64,000 nucleotides of DNA from Candidatus Eiseniibacteriota bacterium. GTDB lineage: Bacteria > Eisenbacteria > RBG-16-71-46 > CAZAMP01. Position 1 is the stretch's first letter. Each line of letters opens with the position of its first letter. Positions 29,401 through 38,015 of the stretch are shown here, piece after piece. Made by a program: the position numbers and the translations under genes. The stretch is taken from contig OZ245046.1 in NCBI GenBank assembly GCA_965224245.1, positions 4,448,001 through 4,512,000 on the forward strand. The letters are read 5' to 3'. The notes beneath the pieces are model-generated. The model was not told where the DNA came from, searched no databases, and worked only from the letters and a program-made list of their open reading frames with translations.

Positions 29401-29560
29401 CGGAGGTCTCGATCCAGTCGAAGGCGACGTCGTCGCAGCCGCTGTACGACGGCTCGGTCACGACGACGTTGAGAGTCGTACCCGCCGCGCGTGCATCGTC
29501 GGCCATCATCGCGGCGAGAGTCAGGAGGGCACACGACGAGATCCGCGCCGAAGAGGACAT
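26492..29560 (-). CDS. Secreted protein with Cys-containing FN3-like repeats and C-terminal FlgD-Ig/T9SS-CTD-like domain
   Basis: Signal peptide; 5 close and 2 divergent repeats (ATDxxC..VTW.D.S.DE.GF.I.RDG...Y.D....YTY.V.A.NxCG); PVLLESFTA linker; C-terminal PNPFNP...FDPTGRLVR...WDG...SGTYFARL...VVLIR. Confidence 0.82.
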   Translation of the reverse strand: MSSSARISSCALLTLAAMMADDARAAGTTLNVVVTEPSYSGCDDVAFDWIETSDCDGLSSSPLGGAAFVWVVVSDEASFPSGIGGVQFATTHSMPVGSWTLCTGGNQIPGEGWPASGSGNAVTWASGCYEPPGTNARVGYFAIDDGSSGTFGIEPDPRVGAALWVECGGDSPVPICSAGLGMLDLATGGSPLCGEQAGGLPDAATSCVASDGDCEIEITWEHPGGDLTDFEIDRDGVTVGGAPAGARSYVDAGAVRGVSYTYAIIATNSCGSAPASDPDVGDRASLPAPAGVDASEDLCEGILVSWTHDPASGATGFDVYRNGVLASSVGAETREFLDSAITHGSSATYHVVAVDDCGDSEPSAEVSGTRARVPFAPTQCRATDDRCLAVHVTWADRSLDEIGFAVRRDGVTLATTDPDVEAFTDDTAVPDVEYTYDVVAIGVCGGSASNTNPGMRVSTPPGAATELTATDGLCGVVRLAWQDNSPDETGFRIRRDDELIATTGPDVRSYTDTGATADVPHTYTVVPTNACGEGGPPTEATGTAGSDPPSAAADCSATDTNCAAVIVTWTDTSDDESVFDLVRDGGVIATLGAGTTRYVDDSAEPDVTYTYAVVARNACGSAPPSNDDAGIRPGDVALPAPDLVYPPDGVECIDGAVPFAWTSVEGATHYRIRAGTECGVIDLVDEVTADTTYTRTLTGQTVHWWVAPRNACGTFGDPSACRTFTTAPSLGAPELRDHALDEEGLWYFEWDPAPGAERYVLVLDPQECHYYYDATRHVVAGTDTTLDVSEYSRPPYGIQFYAWLYYEACGTVSDSTECGGPGEGVPVLLESFTATPQGGSVVVEWRTSRERDVLGFRLTRAEAAGGAGGADAGDAVDVTGGLVEPGRSAYRVVDDAVAPDHEYVYRLSERRTDGRDVFLAETRTRTPAARGAVWLSPSRPNPFNPTASMTVHLERGGEVRLGIFDPTGRLVRALLEGRLDAGEHIVTWDGCDDGGTPAASGTYFARLDAGDIHRLRRVVLIR

Positions 29561-29768
29561 GCGGAGCCTCCTTGCGTCGGGTGTGGAATCGTCCAGCCGT
29601 CATTGTATGACCAAAGCCCGGCTGCGAGCCCGTGGAATCGACGAGTAAGGCGGGTGATCGACGTTCGACGACGTGTCGTGGGGAGGCCGCTCGAGGAGCC
29701 CCGTCGCGCCGCCGTGAGGAGCGGCGATGGGGACGAAGGCTCCACGAGCGCGGACCGAGTGCGTGCGG

Positions 29769-30356
29769 CTACGGCACCTCGGTGGCGGACTGGACGATCT
29801 TGCCCACGAGACCGTACTCGAGCGCTTCGGAGGCCGACATCCAGAAGTTCCGCCGGGTGTCCTCCTCGACGCGCTCGATCGGCTGCCCGGTCTGACGGGA
29901 GATGACCTCGTTCAGACGCTTGCGCATCTTGATCATCTCCTTCGCCTCGATGCCGATGTCGACCGCCTGTCCGCCGACGCCGCCCGACGGCTGGTGCAGG
30001 AGGAAGCGCGTGTTGGGCAGGCAGAACCGGCTCTCGCGGTCGGCCGCCAGGTAGATGTGCGCGCCCGCGCTGGCCACCCATCCGGTACCGACCATGATCA
30101 CGCGCGGCTTCACGAAGCGAATCATGTCGTGGATGGTGTCCCCGGACTCGACGTGCCCACCCTGGCTATGCACGTAGACGCGGATGTCGTCGTCGGAGAA
30201 CGCCGACATGGCCAGGAGCTGGGCGGCCACCCGCTCGGCCACCTTCGAGTTGATCTCGCCGTGAATGAGGACCGTTCGCGCCTCGAAGAGCTTGTCGGCG
30301 AGCTTGGACCGGTAGGCATCGCCTTTACCTCCCGCCATCACCTCTGGAATATCCAC
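29769..30356 (-). CDS. clpP: ATP-dependent Clp protease proteolytic subunit (ClpP2-like paralogue)
   Basis: HSQGGHVESG, GWVASAG (Ser), FLLHQPSGG (His), DTRRNFWMSASEALEYGLV. GTG after AAGGAG. Confidence 0.9.
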   Translation of the reverse strand: MDIPEVMAGGKGDAYRSKLADKLFEARTVLIHGEINSKVAERVAAQLLAMSAFSDDDIRVYVHSQGGHVESGDTIHDMIRFVKPRVIMVGTGWVASAGAHIYLAADRESRFCLPNTRFLLHQPSGGVGGQAVDIGIEAKEMIKMRKRLNEVISRQTGQPIERVEEDTRRNFWMSASEALEYGLVGKIVQSATEVP

Positions 30357-30663
30357 GCACAACTCCTTGTCGTTAAATGCGTTATCAGGCTCGTGCCGGC
30401 CGCGTTCCGCGGGCCCGGGCCTCGCGGTCGCGCCGGACGCGAGTGCTCGTCGTCTTCTCGATCGGCCGGAGGGGTCGGGAAGTATAGCCCGCCCGCCGAG
30501 GACAGGATCCTGAGCGCCGGACCGGGTCGAGTCAACCGGCACGCGAGCCGCGCCGGAGATGGAACACGAGATTCTGTGTGCGATCCGGTCGCCCGGCCCG
30601 TCGTGGCGGAGTTACCATCATCGGCTTCGTCCGCTTCTTCGGCGCTCAACCGGGAGGACTCTC

Positions 30664-32841
30664 GTGAACGCGCACCAGACCACCGGCTCGTTTCTCGTGC
30701 TGCTCGGCGCCTTCGTGCTGCTCGCCGCGATGATCGCGGACGACGCGCGCGCAGGCGGCCCGCCGCTGGCCGAGCGGCGCCCCGTGACCAGCACGTACTG
30801 GGGCGTCGACGTCGTCGACGACTATCGTTACCTGGAGGACGTCACCGCACCCGACGTCGAGAAGTGGGTCGACGCCCAGGACGCCTACGCTCGCCGGTGG
30901 CTGGACGACTACGACGACCGCGACGCCCTGGCGGCGCGGGTGCGATCGCTGAGCCACGGCTCGGAGCCCGAGTACTACTACTTCAAGTATCGCGGGGGTC
31001 GGATCTTCGCGATGAAGAAGCAGCCGCCGCTCGAGCAGCACTTCCTCGTCGACGTGACCGACCTCGACGACCCCGACCACGAGCGCACGGTCGTGGATCC
31101 GAACCGGATCGATCCCAGCGGTGCCACGACGATCGACTTCTACGTGCCGTCTCCGACCGGCCGGTACGTCGCGGTCTCGCTGTCGGAGAACGGCACCGAG
31201 GACGGCACGCTGCACGTGTTCGACCGGGAGAGCGGGAAGGCGCTCGGCGACGTGATTCCGCGCGTGAACGGCGGCACCGCCGGCGGAAGCGTGGCGTGGC
31301 TGCACGACGAGACGGGCTTCTTCTACACGCGCTATCCCCATCCCGGCGAACGGCCCGACGAGGATCTCTTCTTCCATCAGCAGATCTGGTTCCACGCGCT
31401 CGGTACCCCGACCGCCGAGGACCACTACGCGCTCGGCGAGACGTTCCCCCGGATCGCCGAGATCGCGATGGAGACGTCGCGGGACGGACAGTACGTGCTG
31501 GCGACGGTCAGCGACGGCGACGGCGGCGAGTACGAGTACTGGCTTCGCGGACCGGATGCGGCGTGGACGAAGTTCGCCGCGTTCGACCAGGGAGTCTCGC
31601 GCGCGGAGTTCGGCGGGGACGGCGCCCTGTACCTGCTGTCGCGACACCAGGCACCCAACTTCCAGGTGCTCCGCCTGGATCCGAGCCGGCCGTCGCTGGA
31701 CGAGGCCACGATCCTAGTTCCCGAGAAGGACCAGGCGGTGGTCTACGACGTTGCCGCCACCGAATCGCGCCTCCTCGTCATCGAGATGGTCGGCGGGCCG
31801 ACCGTGCTCCGGATGTACGACCTCGAGGGCCACGACCTGGGGCTCGTCGACATGGACGATCCCATCAGCTCGATCACGGGGCTGGTCGCGCTCCACGGTG
31901 ACGAGGTGCTCTTCCGGCACGAGTCGTACGTGTCGCCGTCGGCGTGGTATCGCATGAACGCAGCGGGCTCGAAGCCGATGTTGACGCGATTCGTCGAGGT
32001 CTCGCCGGCCGACTTCAGCGACTGCGTCGTCCGCCGCGAGTTCGCGACCGCGGACGACGGCGTTCGCATTCCCGTCGACATCCTGATGCGCGAGGACACG
32101 CCGCTGGACGGCAGCGCGCCGTGCATCCTCTATGGCTACGGCAGCTACGGCATCAGCCAGCGCCCGTGGTTCAGTCCCAACAAGCGCCTGTGGCTCGAGC
32201 AGGGTGGGATCCACGCGATCGCGTCGATCCGCGGCGGCGGCGAGTACGGCGATGCCTGGCATCGCGCCGCCAACCTGGAGCGCAAGAAACGATCGATGGA
32301 CGACTTCGCCGCGTGCGCGTCGTACCTGGTGGAGGCCGGCTACACGACGCCCGAGCACCTGGCGATCGAGGGCGGCAGTGCCGGCGGTCTCCTGGTGTAC
32401 GGCACGATGGCCCACTACCCCGATCGGATGGGAGCGGTGGTCTCTCACGTCGGCTTCGGGGACGCGCTCCGGATGGAGCTGGCCCCGAACGGCGTGTTCA
32501 ACGTCACCGAGTTCGGCACCGTCACCAACGAGCAGCAGTTCCCGGGAATGCTCGCGGCATCGCCGTACCATCAGATCGAGGACGGGCGCACGTACCCGTC
32601 GGTGCTGTCGCTGACCGGCATGAACGATCCCCGCGTGGAGCCGTGGCAGACGTTCAAGATGACCGCGGCGCTGCAGGCCACGGGATCACCCAATCCCGTG
32701 CTGATGCGGGTCAGCCGGCACTCGGGTCACGGCCAGGGCACCATGCTGTCCGAGCGCGACGCGCAGACGGTGGACGTGCACGCGTTCCTGTTCAAGCAGT
32801 TCGGCATGGAGTACCGCGATACCGACCGCCGGGCGGACTGA
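30664..32841 (+). CDS. Prolyl oligopeptidase (S9A), secreted
   Basis: VVDDYRYLED, LYGYGSYG, IRGGGEYG, GGSAGG (Ser), NDPRV (Asp), SGHG (His); signal peptide. Confidence 0.93.
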   Translation: MNAHQTTGSFLVLLGAFVLLAAMIADDARAGGPPLAERRPVTSTYWGVDVVDDYRYLEDVTAPDVEKWVDAQDAYARRWLDDYDDRDALAARVRSLSHGSEPEYYYFKYRGGRIFAMKKQPPLEQHFLVDVTDLDDPDHERTVVDPNRIDPSGATTIDFYVPSPTGRYVAVSLSENGTEDGTLHVFDRESGKALGDVIPRVNGGTAGGSVAWLHDETGFFYTRYPHPGERPDEDLFFHQQIWFHALGTPTAEDHYALGETFPRIAEIAMETSRDGQYVLATVSDGDGGEYEYWLRGPDAAWTKFAAFDQGVSRAEFGGDGALYLLSRHQAPNFQVLRLDPSRPSLDEATILVPEKDQAVVYDVAATESRLLVIEMVGGPTVLRMYDLEGHDLGLVDMDDPISSITGLVALHGDEVLFRHESYVSPSAWYRMNAAGSKPMLTRFVEVSPADFSDCVVRREFATADDGVRIPVDILMREDTPLDGSAPCILYGYGSYGISQRPWFSPNKRLWLEQGGIHAIASIRGGGEYGDAWHRAANLERKKRSMDDFAACASYLVEAGYTTPEHLAIEGGSAGGLLVYGTMAHYPDRMGAVVSHVGFGDALRMELAPNGVFNVTEFGTVTNEQQFPGMLAASPYHQIEDGRTYPSVLSLTGMNDPRVEPWQTFKMTAALQATGSPNPVLMRVSRHSGHGQGTMLSERDAQTVDVHAFLFKQFGMEYRDTDRRAD

Positions 32842-32886
32842 CCCGGCGGTCGATCCGCCCGCGCCGAACGCGTCGACCGCGGCCGC

Positions 32887-34056
32887 TCAGAGGGCGAACC
32901 GCGCATCCACCAGGAAGAACGGATCGGTCAGCGTCAGGGACGTCCGTACCGCTCCGGTGAACGTCATCCGATCCTTGCGTGCCTCGAACCCCCAGGCGAA
33001 GCGCTCCGCGTTCGTCTCGGAGATCATCCGATCGCGTTCCTCCCGGCCGTCGTGGACGACGTCGACGGTCGTGCTGCGCATCCAGACGTGTGACGTCTCG
33101 ATCCCCGCCCCGGCGCTGACGTCCCGCGTCAGGTCCTCCCAGAGGGACAGCGACGCCGTCGTGGTACGGGTGGTGTGGCGCGCGGCGTCCAGCGTGCCGG
33201 CCACCGCGTTCATGGCGTCGGCGTCCGAGTACTCGACGCCGAACGCGATTCGCCGATCACGCTCTGGCCGGTGAGCGACCATGAAGGCGGCCTTCCACAC
33301 GTCGGCGTAGCGATCGACGTCGGTGTCCAGCTCGAACGGCGCGATGTCGTTGCGGATCGACAGCGTCTCCGACGCATCGTTCCAGGCGGCGTATACCGAG
33401 ACGGTCGTGCGGCGGGACGTCCGAAGGCGGGCGCGGGTCGCCGCGGACAGCAGAAGATCGTGAGCCGAGGAGGTCTCGGAGCGAGTCGACACGTCGTCAA
33501 GGGTCCGGCTGGACGTCACCGTCCGGTCGGGCCGGGTCGCCGCGACGACGACGTCGAACACGACCCGCCGCCCGGTGGCACCGATGCCCATCGAGGCCGT
33601 GAGATCGTTCAGAACACGTTCCGATAGGATGGCCTGGCGCGGGTCGCCCGAGCTCTCGCGCTCCTGAAGCGTCCGCCGTCGCGTCCATGCGGCCGAAAGC
33701 CCGCCCCGGGCCCCCCGGTCGCGACCGAACGCGAGGCCTCCGCGCCACTGCCGGACCGTGCCGAGCATCGACGCCACCCGATGAGAGGTCGCGAAGGCGC
33801 GCGCCTCTCCGGCTCCGATCGAGCCGACGACCCCTTGCTGTCCATCGGACAGGCCCAGCCCGATGATCTCGCTGGATCGCGTGGCGTGGAGCTGCGGAAA
33901 CACGAACAGGAGCGCGCGCTCGTCGACGAGCTCCACGGGCAGCGTCTCGGCCTCGCCTCGCGCGCTCCGGGGGGCTTCGAGCGTCGAGGCGGTGGCGCCA
34001 CCGGCGAGGCACACGACGGCGACGAGGCAGGCGGCGCGGATCCCGGTCCCATGCAT
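32887..34056 (-). CDS. Putative outer-membrane beta-barrel protein
   Basis: Signal peptide, many alternating beta-strands, C-terminal FLVDARFAL; no recognisable family. Confidence 0.55.
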   Translation of the reverse strand: MHGTGIRAACLVAVVCLAGGATASTLEAPRSARGEAETLPVELVDERALLFVFPQLHATRSSEIIGLGLSDGQQGVVGSIGAGEARAFATSHRVASMLGTVRQWRGGLAFGRDRGARGGLSAAWTRRRTLQERESSGDPRQAILSERVLNDLTASMGIGATGRRVVFDVVVAATRPDRTVTSSRTLDDVSTRSETSSAHDLLLSAATRARLRTSRRTTVSVYAAWNDASETLSIRNDIAPFELDTDVDRYADVWKAAFMVAHRPERDRRIAFGVEYSDADAMNAVAGTLDAARHTTRTTTASLSLWEDLTRDVSAGAGIETSHVWMRSTTVDVVHDGREERDRMISETNAERFAWGFEARKDRMTFTGAVRTSLTLTDPFFLVDARFAL

Positions 34057-34172
34057 GGTGGATCTCCTGGTGGTCGTCCGATGGCGGGCAGGCCGACGGT
34101 CACGCGGGAGGTCAGTCGGTGGTACACGATCGAGGCACGTTTTGTTTCGCCAACGGTTTGCCCGCGAGAGCC

Positions 34173-34409
34173 TTACCAGTCGTCGTGGTGTTCGAATCCG
34201 AACGACTCCAGCGCGGCTCGCAGCTCGGGCAACCAGTCGGCGAGGGCACGATCGGCGGGGACGACGATCCGGATGACGCCGTCGGACCGGGTGACCGACC
34301 CCGTGCCGGACGGCGCCAGCGGAACCTTGATCTGCTCGCGGTGAATGCCCATCGCATCGGTGATCTCGAAGATCGCGCGCATGTCGTCGATCGTCACTCC
34401 GTGCGTCAC
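34173..34409 (-). CDS. Small hypothetical protein (78 aa)
   Basis: GGAGG RBS then GTG; VTIDDMRAIFEITDAMGIHREQIKVPL...; normal codon bias. Confidence 0.65.
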   Translation of the reverse strand: MTHGVTIDDMRAIFEITDAMGIHREQIKVPLAPSGTGSVTRSDGVIRIVVPADRALADWLPELRAALESFGFEHHDDW

Positions 34410-34486
34410 GGCGCCTCCCGTGTCGTCAGACGGAAACATCTACAAAACCGCATACATGCCGATTTCGGGAACCCAGCCGGGCCGTC

Positions 34487-34519
34487 GAGACTTGAGTCTC
34501 AACGGGTATCGGCTATCAT
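34487..34519 (+). promoter_or_regulatory. Putative sigma70 promoter TTGAGT-N16-TATCAT with palindrome over -35
   Basis: TTGAGT at 34492-34497 and TATCAT at 34514-34519; inverted repeat GAGACT-TG-AGTCTC at 34487-34500. Confidence 0.4.
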
Positions 34520-34580
34520 TCTCGCCCGTCAAAACCCATCCGGTTCACACGTTGGTTTCGAGTCAAACCAAGGGACGAAC

Positions 34581-35519
34581 ATGATAAGCGTATCTGGCGT
34601 CACCAAACGGTACGGCACCACGCTCGCCCTGAAAGACGTGAACTTTTCCGTCGATCGGAACCAGATTCTCGGCTTTCTGGGACCCAACGGAGCGGGCAAG
34701 AGCACGTGCATGAAGATCATCACGACCTACCTGTCCGCCGACGAGGGAACGGTGACCGTGGACGGGCTGGACGTCTCGAGCGACGCCCTGGCCGTGCGCA
34801 AGCGGATCGGGTACCTGCCCGAGGTCGCGCCGCTCTACGACGACATGCGTACCTTCGAGTACCTGAACTTCGTTGCGCGGGCTCGTGGGCTCTCGGGCGC
34901 GGATCTCGACACCCGGCTGAGCTGGGTCTACGACGCGATCAGCATCCGGGACGTGCTCTACAAGCCGATCAACGCGCTGTCCAAGGGGTATCGCCAGCGC
35001 GTGGGTCTGGCTCAGGCCCTCGTCCACGACCCGGACATCCTGATCCTGGACGAGCCCACGTCGGGGCTCGACCCGAGGCAGATCATCGACATCCGGAACC
35101 TCATCCACGAGCTGGCCGCCACCAAGACGATCATCTTCTCGTCGCACATCCTGGCCGAGATCAGCGCGGTCACCAACCGCATCGTGATCATCAACGAGGG
35201 GCGGATCGTCGCCGACGGTCAGGTCGATCAGCTGCGCAGCGAAGCCCGCAAGCACAACCGCGTGCTCGTGGAGCTGGCCGGCGCCAACGGCGACGCCGCC
35301 GCCGCGATCGGGTCGATCTCCGGCGTGACCGACGTCGGCCACATGCAGCTCGAGGGGCGCGAGACGCTGGTCGTTCAGAGCGCGATCAACCTGGACGTCC
35401 GACGCGACATCGCGCGGCTGGCGCGCGAGAAAGGCTGGGACCTCCTCGAGCTCCACAACGATCAGCCGTCGCTCGAGGAGGCGTTCATCGCGCTCACCGG
35501 AAAGGAGAGCGTCAACTGA
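34581..35519 (+). CDS. ABC transporter ATP-binding protein (GldA-like)
   Basis: GPNGAGKST, IGYLPEVAPLY, LSKGYRQRVGLAQA, ILDEPTSGLDP, SSHILAE. Confidence 0.92.
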   Translation: MISVSGVTKRYGTTLALKDVNFSVDRNQILGFLGPNGAGKSTCMKIITTYLSADEGTVTVDGLDVSSDALAVRKRIGYLPEVAPLYDDMRTFEYLNFVARARGLSGADLDTRLSWVYDAISIRDVLYKPINALSKGYRQRVGLAQALVHDPDILILDEPTSGLDPRQIIDIRNLIHELAATKTIIFSSHILAEISAVTNRIVIINEGRIVADGQVDQLRSEARKHNRVLVELAGANGDAAAAIGSISGVTDVGHMQLEGRETLVVQSAINLDVRRDIARLAREKGWDLLELHNDQPSLEEAFIALTGKESVN

Positions 35520-36244
35520 TGCGTGACGTCAACGTCATCTTCCGGCGCGAGTTCGGCGCGTACTTCAACTCGCCGATCGCCTACGTGTTCATCATCGTGT
35601 TCCTGCTGCTGACGACCGGGTTCTACGTGAACGGGTTCTTCCTGGCCGGCGTGGCCGACATGCGCGACTTCTTCGCCAGCCTGCCGTTGTTCCTGATCTT
35701 CTTCATCCCGGCCCTGACGATGCGGCTGTGGTCCGAGGATCAGCGGCGCGGGACGTTCGAGCTCCTGATGACGCTGCCCATGAAGCCGCGTCAGATCGTC
35801 ATCGGAAAGTACCTGGCCGGCCTGGCCTTCTACTCGATCGCCCTCCTGTCCACGATCACCATCCCGATCACGCTGGCCTGGCTCGGGAACCCCGACGTCG
35901 GCGCCATCGTGTGCGGCTACATCGGGGCGTTGCTCCTGGGCGCGCTCTACCTGGCGATCGGGATCTTCGTGTCGGGACTGTTCCGCGATCAGATCGCGGC
36001 GTTCATCCTGACGCTCCTGGTGTGCTTCTTCTTCTTCCTGATCGGACAGCCGTTCTTCGCGCTCCTGCTCGACGGATGGGTGCGCGGACTGGGCTCGTTC
36101 CTGTCGGAAGGCTTCGGCGTCACCACGCACTTCGACGGGATTCAGCGCGGCGTGATCGGGGTCGAGAACATTCTGTTCTTCGTCTCGTTCTCGATCGTGT
36201 TTCTCGCGTTGAACACGCTGTCCCTCGAAGGACGCAAGTACTAG
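35519..36244 (+). CDS. ABC-2 permease (GldF-like)
   Basis: REFGAYFNSPIAYV, PALTMRLWSED..GTFELLMTLP, THFDGIQRGVI; TGATG coupling to the ATPase. Confidence 0.9.
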   Translation: MRDVNVIFRREFGAYFNSPIAYVFIIVFLLLTTGFYVNGFFLAGVADMRDFFASLPLFLIFFIPALTMRLWSEDQRRGTFELLMTLPMKPRQIVIGKYLAGLAFYSIALLSTITIPITLAWLGNPDVGAIVCGYIGALLLGALYLAIGIFVSGLFRDQIAAFILTLLVCFFFFLIGQPFFALLLDGWVRGLGSFLSEGFGVTTHFDGIQRGVIGVENILFFVSFSIVFLALNTLSLEGRKY

Positions 36245-36257
36245 GAGGACGCGCTAC

Positions 36258-38015
36258 ATGGCTTCGAGAAAAGCAAGCTACTCGACCGGACTCGCGGTCG
36301 GCGCCGTGCTCCTGCTCGGCATCGCCGTGTTCCTGAACAGGACGGTCGCCAACGTCGGTCTCGGGCGCTTCGATCTGACCGAGGACAAGATCTACACCGT
36401 CTCCGACAGCGCCAAGAGCATCATGAAGTCGCTCGACGTGCCCGTGCAGGTGAGCTTCTACGTCACCCCCAAGGACGACATGCCCTCGGGCCTGAAGTCG
36501 CTGCAGCAGGACGTCGTGGACAAGCTGAGCGAGCTGTCGATCGCGTCGGGCGGGCGCCTCGAGTACAAGGTCGTGGACCCCAACGAGACCGAGGAGCTCG
36601 CCGAGACACTGGCCAAGAAGGGCGTCCGGCCGTTCCAGGTCCAGAGCGTGGATCGGGACGAGCTGGCCGTGAAGCTCGTCTACTCCGCCATCGGGATCGC
36701 GTACAAGGACAAGCCGGACGCGATCCTGCCCCAGATTCTCCCGGAGAGCCTGTCGAACTTCGAGTACGAGCTCCTGTCGAACGTGCTGCGGATCACTCGC
36801 GAGTCGTCGCCGCTCGTGGCGGTTTACTCCACCAAGGAGTCGGTCGATCCGCAGATGATGCAGCTCTACATGCAGATGGGCCAGCAGCCACCGCCGCCCG
36901 CGGACAACTTCACCGGCGTGCCCGAGATCCTCCGCAGCGAGGGCTACGACGTTCGGCCGGTGCAGCTCACACAGGACGACGGCATCCCCGAGGACACCGA
37001 GACGCTGATCGTGCTCGCGCCCAAGGACCTGAACGAGCGCCAGCGCTACGAGATCTCCGCGTTTCTGCGCGAGGGCGGCAACGTGATCCTCGGAGTCCAG
37101 GCGCAGCTGTTCGACTACAACCCCTCGCAGCGAGGCGGCTTCGACTTCAGTGCGCGCCCGCAGACGTTGACGATCAACGACCTCTTGACCGAGTACGGCG
37201 TGCGGGTCGACGACCGCCCGCTGATGGACACGCAGGTGGCCACGCTGGCCATTCCCCGCACGGTGACCGTGGCCGGCCTTCGTCTGCAGACGAGCGAGCC
37301 CGTCCAGGCGCCGATGCAGGTCCGCATTCTCGGTGCCGGCCTCAACAAGGACGTCCCGTTCGCTGCGGGCGTGCCCGAGATGCTGTACCTGTGGGGGACG
37401 CAGCTCATTCTCGACGACGAGCGGCTGGCCGCGAACGAGCTGACGGCCACACCGATCCTCGAGGGCGGCGAACACACGTGGGTGGTGAGCAAGACCTCGG
37501 GCTTGCTGTCCGACGTCGACCTGGACCCGGACGCGAACGACATCGTCTCGCGTCCGCTCCTCGGCGTGATGCTGGAGGGGACGTTCCCCGATCCGTACGC
37601 GGACACCGGCGTTCCGGACTGGCCGGGCGCCGCCGTGGACTCCACCCAGGTCGCCGACGCCGACACCGGCGTCTCCGACGAGGACGCGAAGCCGGGGCGT
37701 CTGATCGTCACCGGCTGCGCCAAGCTGTTCGAGGACATGCTCCTCCAGCAGCAGGGGCACTCGCTGTTCGTCCTCAACGCGGTCGACGCGATCACGCTCG
37801 GTGACGATCTCATCGCGCTGCGCTCGCGCTCGTACGAGCGCCGGACGCTCGAGGACGCGTCCGACGGGAAGCGGCTCGGATTCCGCCTGGCCAACATGGC
37901 GTTGGTGCCCGCGCTCGTGATCGTCTTCGGGCTCACCCGCAAGTTCAAACGTGACAGCGAATCCAACGCGTATGCGGCGCGCATGCGCCAGGGTGCGACG
38001 GGAGGGAAAGCGTAA
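36258..38015 (+). CDS. GldG-like ABC transporter auxiliary component
   Basis: RFDLTEDKIYTVS, FEYELLSNV, LIVLAPK, FVLNAVDAI; N- and C-terminal TM helices. Confidence 0.88.
   Translation: MASRKASYSTGLAVGAVLLLGIAVFLNRTVANVGLGRFDLTEDKIYTVSDSAKSIMKSLDVPVQVSFYVTPKDDMPSGLKSLQQDVVDKLSELSIASGGRLEYKVVDPNETEELAETLAKKGVRPFQVQSVDRDELAVKLVYSAIGIAYKDKPDAILPQILPESLSNFEYELLSNVLRITRESSPLVAVYSTKESVDPQMMQLYMQMGQQPPPPADNFTGVPEILRSEGYDVRPVQLTQDDGIPEDTETLIVLAPKDLNERQRYEISAFLREGGNVILGVQAQLFDYNPSQRGGFDFSARPQTLTINDLLTEYGVRVDDRPLMDTQVATLAIPRTVTVAGLRLQTSEPVQAPMQVRILGAGLNKDVPFAAGVPEMLYLWGTQLILDDERLAANELTATPILEGGEHTWVVSKTSGLLSDVDLDPDANDIVSRPLLGVMLEGTFPDPYADTGVPDWPGAAVDSTQVADADTGVSDEDAKPGRLIVTGCAKLFEDMLLQQQGHSLFVLNAVDAITLGDDLIALRSRSYERRTLEDASDGKRLGFRLANMALVPALVIVFGLTRKFKRDSESNAYAARMRQGATGGKA

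Noticed and set aside
23246-29905. Very long alternative ORFs (23246..26071 -, 26345..29905 +) and similar shadow ORFs across the window
   Set aside because: Low-complexity R/G/A/P or V/D/H-rich translations overlapping well-supported genes, as expected from stop-codon scarcity at high GC.
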